Assembly: GCF_009914755.1 (NCBI RefSeq)
Contig: NC_060926.1
DNA: 64,000 bases
Source of the DNA: the human T2T-CHM13v2.0 reference genome, Homo sapiens
Reading direction: 5' to 3' (one strand)
The notes beneath the pieces were generated by a model. The model saw only the letters and a list, made by a program, of their open reading frames with translations, was not told the DNA's origin and ran no database searches. Position numbers and translations under genes: made by a program. Position 1 is the stretch's first letter, and every line of letters starts with the position of its first letter. Below, one piece after another: positions 12,919-23,930 of the stretch.

Positions 12919-13604
12919 TGTGCCCGGAATTTATTTCTTCTGGTGGGTTCTTGGTCTCGCTGACTCCAAGAATGAAACCGCAGACCCTTGAGGTGAGTGT
13001 CACAGTTCTTAAAGATGGTGTGTTCAGAGTTTGTTCCTTCAGATGTTCAGATGTGTCCGGAGTTTCTCCCTTATGGTGAGTTCGTGGTCTCGCTGACTTC
13101 AACAATGAAGCCGCAGACCTTTGCAGTGAGTGTGTGACAGTTCTTAAAGGCAGTGCGTCCAGAGTTGTTTGTTCCTCCCGGTAGGTTCGTGGTCTCGCTG
13201 ATGTCAGGAATGAAGCTGCAGACCCTCGCGGTAAGTGTTACAGCTCATAAAGGTAGTGCAAACCCAAACAGTGAGCAGTAGCAAGATTTATTATGAAGAG
13301 CAAAAGAACAAAGCTTCCCCACCATAGAAACGGACCAGAATTGGTTGCTGCTGCTGTGGTAGCCAGCTTTTATTCCCTTATTTGGCCACACCCACATCCT
13401 GCTGATTGGCCCATTTTACAGAATGCTGATTGGTCCATTTTATAGAGTGCTGATTGGTGCGTTTTTACAGAGTGCTGATTGGTGCATTTACAATCCTTTA
13501 GCTAGACACAGAGTGCTGATTGGTGCCTTTATAATCCTTTAGCTAGACACAAAAGTTCTACAAGTCCCCACCCAACCCAGAAGCTCCGCTGGCTTCACCT
13601 CTCG
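12919..13604 (-). mobile_element. LTR12 (ERV9) solo LTR, LTR12F-like, inserted into a MIR
   Basis: Three 'ggtctcgctgac..aagccgcagaccc..gtgagtgt' U5 repeats and five CTGATTGG (CCAAT) U3 repeats; 4-bp TSD TAAG at 12915-12918 and 13605-13608; flanks rejoin as a MIR core. Confidence 0.93.
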
Positions 13605-15984
13605 TAAGGAAATTGAGGTTCAAACAAGTTTCAAAGTGCTAAAACTACAGTTTCTCATTCTCTGCAACTGGATTTCCACTCATGTGTTTGAATCCCAGGC
13701 TCTAAGACTTAACTTGCCATTCTGTGACTTTATGTTCCTGCAATTTACACAAAGCTACTATCTGTCACATCTCTGGTGTTAACTTCAGACTAAACTTCTT
13801 TTTGATTCACAATGACCACACACTTTTTGGTTGAGGTTTTGCTATCGGTTTATTGTACTGGTTAATAGAGAGCTTCTTCCAGAAATTTGAGTAGATGGAA
13901 GAGGAAGTAGCACATTCCTAAAAATGTACCATGCCTTTCAAGTCACAAGCATCCCTATCACATGGCTGTCAAGGGTGGCTCAGAATAGGTAGAGTTAAGA
14001 ATTTAAAGTAAATTGGTGTAAGCGATGAAAGCTTCATCTAAAAGCTTATATTACATCAACTGAAATGTAAAATAATTGGAACATTTTCCAGGCATCCCTG
14101 TTATTTATTTGTCTCTCTTTCCTTGCTTGCCTACTTCAAAAGTCATATGGCATGGTGACTAGAACTGTCCTGCCAAAGAGTTTGTCAATATAAGATTCCT
14201 TTCTTTGTAAACATTCTACCTTGGGGCTTCATTTATAATCAAAAGGAGTACTGTAACCTGTCAAAAAAAAGCTACCTGTGACAATATATTATGTGATGGT
14301 TACCTGCAGTAAGGTGGTGGCAATAAATAAATAAATAATCACAGAATGAAACCGAGCAGAACTGTCAGAGAAATGGTCAGAATTCACACTCTGAAGAACA
14401 CGGCTATACAGTAATAATCATAATAAATAGCCACTCAATCCAAAACATCACTGGGCGACTTGTCACATATATAATCAGTGGAGATGTGATTGAAGCACAA
14501 GGCTTAAGTGAATGTCTAGAGAGCTAATTGATTCATTTTTATGGAAATTTTACTTATTTTAAATGTCATCCCTGACCATCTTGAACTTTTACTTGAAGAT
14601 TTATTTTTTTTTTTAAATCACTGTTTATTAGATTTAGGTATTCTGGTCTTTGTTTTTCTTTTTTATCTATGTATGATTTTTATTTTTTTATGCAGTGTCC
14701 TTAAGCTTCATCAATGAGAAGAAATGTATTAAAATCCATTTATTCTTACCCTAATTCTTATAAAATAAGATTAATTTTTATAAGATGAAGTCACTCTTAT
14801 GACTCATTCTCTATTATTTTTAAAACAAACAATATTTTTCCTCAAAATGTAATGCATTATTTGATCTGTTATTGGCAATATTACTGTGCCCTGGTCATTT
14901 TGGTAAGATAATCAATCATTAGTTTATGGAAATAATACAAGTGAAACATATATCATTGATTTTTTTTACTGTAGCAAAACTTTTCCTGTGCATAGCTACA
15001 GTTATTCTGTTTAAAAATATTTAATAGTCATTTTCCCTCCTTCTACATGTGTCTTGATTTCACTATATATGTCTAAACTTGACTTACATTTATTTTAGCA
15101 TACTGCTATTATACACAAACTATAATGAGTCTTAAAATTATCAGGTGAGTTAAGTGTCCTGTGTTTAAATATTTTCTAGGAAATTAACCCAGGGAATTGA
15201 GGTGGATAATGAATTTAATGATGTTATCTAGGAAAATAGAAATGATATCTTAGAAGAAGAAACTACTCTATATCATGCATATACATATGTAGCACAAAAG
15301 CAGTAATTCATTTAAAAAGGATAAATATTGTGACATGTAAAACTACATATGGTACTTTATAAAGTTATTAATTTTATTTTAGAAAATATGAAAATGCATA
15401 GTTCTAAATGGTGTGTGCATCTAATTTAAAAATGGTCAAAGTTATCAAGATTATATATAGATATGTAGCTTTACAAGTAGCATAATTCATTGAAACATCT
15501 TGAAATTCCATGTACTGTCAATACATTAAATAAAAATTGTAAAAGATGTTACAATAGTTAAACAAATAAGAATAAGCTCAAGAGTCACTCACCTCCAATT
15601 TGCATCTACAGCTTTATTTCTTCTCCTTTGGTTAACTGAACTTTCTCAAAGATTAGTTCCTCATTTACTGTCTTGACTTCTGCTGTTTTCCTTCTATTAG
15701 AAAAAACCTATGCTTATGTTTTTCTCATTACGACATGAATTAGTCTACATGGACAATTTTGAGAACAATGTTGAAAAGTGTAAAGAAAAAGAACCATTAA
15801 AAGGCCACCCATCCCACTCTATCCAGTGTTAATGACAATAGGATATGTAACAGATATTATCAAATATATTAATAGAAATCCAACTTCCTGCTGGATATTT
15901 CTCATTTGATTTTTGGCCATTTCTCAAAGTAAAATATCTGATTCTGAACTCATTATTAGTTCTGTCCAAATTACAATTCATGAA

Positions 15985-16410
15985 AGATGAACTTTTTATT
16001 CATTTTGCAACCCATCATCCTCAAGGCAGAAACCTGTATTTCACTACTTTCTTTACGTTTCCTGCTATATAATCAATACCTCTTTTCACTTTCTGCTGCT
16101 ACTGCATTCGTTCTAGGCTTATCACTTCTTGCATAAACTTTTTAATTAGTTCCAAACAATCATTATTACTCTTCTGGACAGTATTTCCAGATTTTCCCAG
16201 TGAAAATTAGTTCTGCCCTAGTATATGTTACATGTTTTATAAAACTTACTACATTGTGGTAAATATGTATGCTATAATTTTATTGCACACTAGAATGTGA
16301 GGTCTACATTAAAAAAAGGGAAAATGCCTTTTACATTATCCAAAATCATAGCTCAGTGCCTGGGACATACATATTAAGTGAGTAATAGATTTATGTTGAA
16401 TGAATTAAAA
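15985..16410 (+). mobile_element. L2 3' fragment
   Basis: 'cactagaatgtgagg...cagtgcctgggacatac...ttgaatgaatt' is an L2 3' end. Confidence 0.55.
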
Positions 16411-16634
16411 CATCGATGGGAAGGTGAATAGTTTGGAATTCATGTGAGGTCATGTAAAGAAAATAATGCATTGGAATAAAAAAGAAGAGGTTTAACAGAG
16501 CAGATGTTAGATGTATGAACTAAGATGACAATAGTAAATTCAGGTTGGTGGGCAGAAATACTAAAATTGACACAGAGGTAAATAATCTGAAAAGCAACAT
16601 ACCCTACTAAAAAGGAAAATTGTAAATTCACATA

Positions 16635-17585
16635 TTCGTTAATTCAATCCATTTTTATTGTGTATTTATCGAGTGCCAAGCAATATTCTAAGTGTTGAGA
16701 ATGACTTAAAATAAAAGTCTGCCATGCATGGAAGTTATTAACACATTCCAATTAGCATAAAACTGAAAATTAACCAACAAATGAATACGTATGATGCCCC
16801 ATGACATAATGCTATGGAGGAAAATAAAGTGCTATGGAGAAAAATAAAAATAAACAATTTGCACTAAATACAGAATGATCAGGAAGAGTCTTTCTGATAG
16901 GTGACATTTGAGCAGAATACTGAAGGATGTGAGAGAATGAGCTTTGACAAAACATTGAAAAAAATTTTCTGTGGGGAACAGCAAATTGCAATGCCGTGAA
17001 TGGAGAGTCATTTGGGATGTTCATGGAAAAGAGCAGGGGTCTGTTGTGGCTGGAGCTGGAGATAGAGAATGAGTGTAGGAGACTGGTGGAGAACCACAAT
17101 CTTATACAGCCCTAAAGGTAATTGTAAGGTTTTTGGAGTCTGAATGAAAAACGGTTCTCTCATTTAAAGGCAGTGAAGTGGCAGGTTCTGACTTTCCCTT
17201 TAAGAGGCTGACCCTAGGAGCTCTGTGGAGAATAAATTTTAGGATACTGAGTTTGGAAACAGGGAGAGTAATTGGAAGGTATCCTAACAAATCAGAAAGG
17301 AGATGGTGTTTCAAACAAGTGGTAGCAAGGAGGTGCAAAGAAACTATTAGATTTGGGATATACTGTAAAAGTAGAGCTGCTAGAGTTTGCTGGTCAATTG
17401 TATGTGGAATGGAAGAAAAAGGAGGGAAAAAAGATAGCTCTAGTATTTTTAACCTGCGCATCTGGAAAAATACTGTTTCCATTTATTCCCAGTTTAGAAG
17501 GAGCAGATTCGGGTAAGGATGATCAAGTTGTTGGTTTTGGATTCCTATGAGATACCAAAATAGAGATGTTGAAAGTACTGTTAGT
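16635..17585 (-). mobile_element. L2 LINE fragment (continues briefly after the Alu at ~17890)
   Basis: 'atttatcgagtgccaagcaatattctaag', 'gtgacatttgagcaga', 'gagctctgtggagaata' are L2 motifs. Confidence 0.7.
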
Positions 17586-17930
<345 letters not shown>

Positions 17931-18040
17931 CTAAAGACCTTTGACAGATTTCAGCATATACCTGAATAAATAAAAGCAGAAGAAAGTAAAGGAAAAGCTA
18001 AAAATAAACTAGAGTAGACAGGAATGTACAAGGTCTAGGA

Positions 18041-18259
18041 CAGGTGTTGGCAAACCATAGGTTGAAGGCAAAATCCACTACCTGTTTTTGTAAATAAAGT
18101 TCTACTGGAACGCAAACAAGTTAATTTGTTTCCATATTGTCTATGGCTGATTTCACCCTAGAATTGCAAAGTTAAATAGTTGCAACAGAGATTTTATGGC
18201 CCACCAAGCATAAACCATTTATTATCTGGTCATTTACGGAAAAAATTTACTGACCCCTG
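18041..18259 (+). mobile_element. MER58A (hAT-Charlie MITE)
   Basis: Terminal inverted repeats 'caggtgttggcaaac' / 'tttactgacccctg'; internal 'tttttgtaaataaagttctactggaac'. Confidence 0.85.
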
Positions 18260-18374
18260 ACTCAGGGGAAGGTAGTTAACATAATAAAAGTTGGATTAAT
18301 TTTTACCATGGTTTTCCCAGTACAGCCCTGGTTTATACCTACTATCCCAGCTTTTGGAACAAATACATGACTTT

Positions 18375-18771
18375 CTCCCTCCCTCCCTCCCTCCCTCCCG
18401 CCCTTCCTTCCTTCCTTCCTTCCTTCCTTCCTTCCTTCCTTCCTTCCTTCCTTCCTTCCTTCTTTCTTCTTTTTTTTCTTTCTTTTATTTAGATAGAGTC
18501 TCACTCTGTCACCCAGACTGGAGTGCAATGGCATGACCTCAGCTCACTGCAAGCTCTGCCTCTCTGGTTCAAGTGATTCTCCTGCTTCAGCATCCTGAGT
18601 CGCTGGGATTACAGGTGCATGCCACCACACCCAGCTAATTTTTGGATTTTTAGTAGAAATGGGGTTTCACCATTTTGGCCAGGCTGGTCTCGAACTCCTG
18701 AACTCAGGTGATCTGCCCACCTTGGCTTCCCAAAATGCTGGGATTACAGGCCTGAGCCACTGTGCTGGGCC
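18375..18771 (-). mobile_element. Alu (AluS) with tail expanded into (CCCT)n(CCTT)15
   Basis: Alu dimer at ~18490-18771; degenerate TSD 'gactttctc'/'gactttttc'. Confidence 0.93.
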
Positions 18772-19509
18772 TAGACTTTTTCAATTTCCAGTGGGTTTTT
18801 GGGCAATATACTATATAATCACCCAAACTAAGATTAAAATAAGAAAAATTACACCTAGAACACAACGCTTAGTACTATACCAATATATTTTATCTTGGCT
18901 AAATGGCAAAAAAAATGTAAAATCATATGTAATAATAATTTTAATAGACTGAATTAATGAATAATTTTATTAAATTTAGTCAAGTGTTGACAGTGTCTGT
19001 GTGCTATATCATAACAGAAAAGAAGGAAAAGCACTATAAATGAAGTCACACAATAAGGAAAATTAATAAGCCTAAAGTTTTTACCCTGGAAAGCTCCTAT
19101 CACTTTGGTACTGTGATGTAGCAACAGAGAATAAAATCAAGAAGATTGTAAATATATTAGATAGACCCAGTCGTTCGGTTACAACTTAGAGTAACTTGAA
19201 CTATATGAATTAGCCTTCATTTTATTAAAATTCAAAATCGCAGTCTTCTATTTCAAATTATTCTTGTTATATTATGTAGGACAAATTGAGAATTCTGTGT
19301 GTGTTAATGGGTTTCATTTATGAATTTCCCTTCAAACTGTTAACCCCAGAAAATAATTTCTACTTCCAATGCGAATATATTTGTATTAATTTTGTATTAT
19401 ATTTTAAGACAGAAATGGGAGGTAAGCTAAGCAAAATTTGAAGTTTTAAAATATGTAATAATTTCATATTTTTACCTATACATATTTTTAAACTTTGGGG
19501 CATAGGTTG

Positions 19510-20192
19510 TGTTAGGTAGTTAAATAGATGTTAGCAACTGGGAGAGGTAAGAAGAGTGAAGAAAGGCTATCACTAACATAGTCCCTGGCACACCTAAGTT
19601 CAGTGATAGAACTGCCCTAACTCCACCCTAATGGATAAAGTCTGTGGTAAAGTCTGTAGCCAGCACATCCCGAAGGTGGAGAATCTAGGACGCAAGTAGA
19701 AAGCCCCTAAAATGGCGCATGCGCAGTAACACAAAACCATGCCTCCAGGTCACCCCAAGTTCATAATACCATCATTATAATAGAATTTACATGTGGTTTT
19801 TTTCCCCCCACAGCCCATCCTCCTGTGGGTTTTTTCTTAAAGAATTATGGGTAAGAACATGCTCAGTTTTAGTTATATAACCATAAACTGCCAATCAAAT
19901 GATATCATCTTGTCATTCAGACACAGCCCAAACCTTAACTCCCTTCCCCAGAACCCCATAAAAGCCCCCTGAGTTTTGTAAAGCAGGGCTGATTTCCCTT
20001 CACAGGAATCAGTCTGCAGTCCTTCTGAGAGTTTATTACTGTGCTTCAATAAACTTTGCTTTGAGCTTGCACTTTGGTGTTAGTTTGCAATTCTTTTCTC
20101 ACTATCGCAAGAACCGAGATTGCTGGTCCAGAGCTCCAACTCTGTTGATCTCCTTGGTTAAAGAATCTGCCCAATGCAGAATTCCAGGAACA
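19510..20192 (+). mobile_element. ERV1 MER4-group solo LTR (MER50/MER83-related; subfamily uncertain)
   Basis: TG...CA ends; starts 'tgttaggtagtt'; CCAAT at 19891, CATAAAA at 19957, AATAAA at 20048; U5 'caattctttt...caagaacc'. Confidence 0.75.
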
Positions 20193-21869
20193 GTTTGAAT
20201 AAAAAATATGTTAAATAAATATGGCCATATTTATTTAAAAGTTTTGAAGGAAAAAGAGCAATGTTTTTTAGAAAATCATAAATAGTTTTAAATGTCATGA
20301 ACCAAATAATATGAAATTTTACTCAGTCCATCAAAGGCAATCGAATCTATAGCAAACTAATTGACCTTAAGCTATGATTTCCCAAAAGATATTTACAAAG
20401 CAGTTCACAGTATGAACTGGCATAGACACTAATAAATGTTACTTTTCAAAAACTTACGTTGAAGACTATTTTATTCAAAATGAATTGTGAAAGTTCTGTA
20501 AGTCAAGCAAATCAGATCAATTCTGCAGCATCATTACATGCAGCATTGCCTGCTGGGCCCGTGGTGTAGGAGCTGTACAGGAGAGCTAGAGGATAAGCTG
20601 TTTAATGTTATAATATCATGAGTTTACATTACTTGAATTATTTGGCAAGAAGCAGAAAGGGAAAATGATAGTGTTGGTCCAAAAAGACAACTAAAATAAT
20701 GAGTATGTGAAAGAGAGTGATGGTCCATGGAACACTTTATGAGATATGTCTAGTAATTTTAAAGTAATTAAATATTATAAGACAAAAATTATTAAAGAGC
20801 AATTACCTTTCCCTGGGTTGTACAGTTTTTCATATTAAATAATTTACATTTGAATTCAATTAGATAGAACAAGACTTTTGAAAACATTAAGGTTAGCTTT
20901 TAAAATTTATGTGAATCTGCACTTTGGCAGCATTATACTTTTGTGTACTTCTATTAAATTTGTTAAAGTCATATTAAACCCTTGTGTATGTATAATTGAG
21001 TTTTTTCCCTAGTGAAAAATATTTCCTGTCCTAATGAAGGTGAAATAAGGCTTTTTAAGTAAAACTCACAGAACATTTCTATTTTTGTTCTGCTTTGTTT
21101 TCTCAAAAAGAGTATGTTTTTAGTTATATTCACTGTCTAATTTTCATTTACTGTACTCTTCCTTGTTGATACATTTAGTTGCAATTTTGGTGATGGGCAT
21201 ATTTCAATATAAAAGGGTAAACTGGAATTGGATGTGTGAGTTAGTAAAGAATCTAGAAGTAAATTAAATATGTAAAACTCATGTTTACATATAATATAAA
21301 TAACCATATGGAGCACATAATAGAAAAAATATATTAAGGTAGCATAAATAACCATAAAGAATGATACAAAATACATGTGTAGAAATATTGATTATTTGAA
21401 AAATTATCCAGGTATATAAAAATATTTTTAGTAGTATATAAAATGATATGACATGATTTGTTGTAGATTGTCTCAAAGGCTTCCTGAGAGGTTAATTTTT
21501 AATTTGGTTGTAAATTTTACTTGTTAAAAACTGATAAGATTTTTTTTAGAAAGAAGTATAATGAGGTGAAAACTTTGCACATTGATTATTAAAATTATTT
21601 ATAAAAACTACAATAAACAAACAAATTCTACTAATGAAAAAAGAGGAAAATTAGTAACAGATAATTGATAGTTCTGAAAGAGTACTATCAATTGGTACAT
21701 GTGAAAATTTAGTATATATATGAATATGTTTCATAAGTTAATAGCAAATGGTTTGGGAACAAATCATTCCCTAATTATTATAGAACAAGTAGTTCATATT
21801 CTTACTAAAAAGACATTTTAAATAACTTCATATATTAATGTAGGAAAAAAACCATCATTATCACGAAAA

Positions 21870-22580
21870 AACATACAGAGCGCCTGGACCAGTGTGAACA
21901 TGTAAAGAGCTGAAAAGAAATCAAGCTTGCCCTTACAACAAGAAAGAACAACACAAGCTGAAAATCAATGACTTTTCTTTGAGAGAACTGAAATCACAAG
22001 CCACTATGGCAAAATTTGAAAAGATAGGCATCTACCTTAAAACACAAGACCTGAGCATTTGCTTACCTGGGGCAGAAGGCACCCAAAGCCCTATAAACTA
22101 GTAGGGCATTAAAGAAGCACATTTGACAAGTTGCTGGAGGATGAGAGTGGGCTGGTGTCAGTGAGAAGGTCTCCTGGGGACCACGCTCACTGACAGTCCT
22201 CACACTTTCATAACTTTCCTCCAGGAATCCCTCCAGGTTCTTACAGGGCAGATAGAAAGAATCCAGAGAAAACTTCTCCAATGTTCAGGATGGGGAAGAG
22301 AAGAGCAACCACCATGAAATCCACCACAACTCCTCTCCTAGAACAAAAGCTTTACTTTGTAGGGAAAGGACATCACAGAAAGGTACAGGTAAAATACTGC
22401 GGCTAGGAGATGGGAACTTCACCCAACACCAGCCTCCCTTTCTCAACTAAGGAGGGGAGAGAACCTTAATTTCTTTTATTTCTGGGAACAGAATAGGAAA
22501 AGTGGAAGACATCTGCTGAAACTAGGTAAGGTATTGGGAGGAATGGAGAGCAAGTTCCACCTCTGGAAGAGGGGCAGAAA
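21870..22580 (+). mobile_element. Old L1M 5'-end fragment
   Basis: 'cttacaacaagaaag...ctgaaaatcaatgacttttctt...gagaactga' resembles L1MC/MD 5' regions. Confidence 0.5.
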
Positions 22581-22584
22581 CTTT

Positions 22585-23210
22585 ATTTAAAATTTCTATG
22601 GAAAATGACATTGCTATTTTAATAAGAATAGCATAGAATCTGTAAATGGCTTTGGGCGGTATGGTCATTTTAACAACATTCTTCCAATCCATGAGGGTGT
22701 AATATTTTTCCATTTATTTGTATCGTGTCTGATTTCTTTCAGCAATGTTTGGTAGTTCTCCTTGTAGATATCTTTCACCTCATTGATTAGATGTAATCCT
22801 AGGTATTTTATATTTTTTTGTGGTATTGTGTTCTTGTTTTGGCTCTTAACTAAAATGTTACTGGTATATAGAAATGCTACCGATTTTTGTACATAGATTT
22901 GGTATCCTAAAACTTTACTGAAATAGTTCACCAGTTCTAGGAACTTTTTGGCAGTCATTAGAATTTTCTAGGGTAGAATCATGTTTTCAGTGAAGAAAGA
23001 TAGTTTTGAGGTATGTTCCTTTAATACCTAGCAGCACATCAAAAAGTTAATTCACCACACTGAAGTAGGCTTTGTTACTGGGATACAAGTTTGGTTCAAC
23101 ATACACAATCAATAAATGTGATTCAACAGAATCAAAAAGAAAAAGATAATGATCTCCTTAATAGACACAAAGCCTTTGATAAAATTCAACATCCATTCAA
23201 AATAAAAACC
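22585..23210 (-). mobile_element. L1 ORF2 fragment (L1PA-late/L1PB age) with 5' inversion
   Basis: Minus-strand ORFs 22522-22958 encode L1 ORF2 peptides (KSVAFLYT, IKYLG, KENYQTLLKEI, WIGR, AIYRF); orientation flips at ~23030 to plus-strand 'cagcacatcaaaaag...ataaaaacc'. Confidence 0.85.
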
Positions 23211-23419
23211 AATTACTTTTAAAATAATTATTAGAAAATTATTTGTCCCAAATCATTTGCCATTAACCTATGAAACATATTTGTATATGCCCTGAATTCT
23301 TGCGTGTACTAAGTTCTCTTTCTGAATTATCAGTTATGTTTGTTGTTGGGAAGTGGCCATTTCATGGCCTCTGTCAGTGGATAAGTGATGATATTTCAGC
23401 AGCCTAACATGAGTGATAC

Positions 23420-23930
23420 TGAGTTGGTTGGCAGAGTCATGGCTCCTTAAAATATTCACATCCTAATCTCCATAACTGATGGATCTCTTAGGTTACATTG
23501 CAGAGATGAAATTAACATTACAGATGGGTAAATTACTTAATCAGATGGCCTTAAAATAAAGAGATTACTCTGGAATAAGTTGGTGGGGCCAATTTAACTA
23601 CAAGAGTTCTTAAACGGGGACAAAGGAGGCAGAAGAGTCAGAACCAGAAAGAAGACATCTTGAGAAAGACTTGGCTGACCACTGCTGTCTTTGAAATGGG
23701 CTAGGGCCAGGAGCCAAGGTACGCAGGTAGCCTGTATAAGCTGGAAATGGTGAGAAAACTAATTTTACTCTAGAATCTCCAGAATAGAATACAGCCCTGC
23801 TGACACTAATTTTACCCTAGTGAGACACATTTTGGACTTCTGACTTGCAGAAGTTTAAGATAATAAATCTGTGTTATTTTAAACCACAGAGTTTGTGGTA
23901 ACTTGGTACACTACCAGTAAGAAATTAATT
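23420..23930 (+). mobile_element. MaLR LTR, MLT1D/E-like
   Basis: 'cacatcctaatctcc...gagccaagg...ggacttctgac...taataaatctgtgttattttaaaccac...gtttgtggtaac'. Confidence 0.8.

Noticed and set aside
12950-13560. Spaced direct repeats superficially like a CRISPR array
   Set aside because: These are the normal U5 and U3 tandem repeats of LTR12 in mammalian DNA; no cas genes
14756-14785. Hairpin TCTTATAAAA-N10-TTTTATAAGA
   Set aside because: A 10-bp AT-rich stem with a loop is expected by chance
18270-18370. Possible MER94/Blackjack fragment
   Set aside because: Only ~50 bp of resemblance; too weak to call by eye
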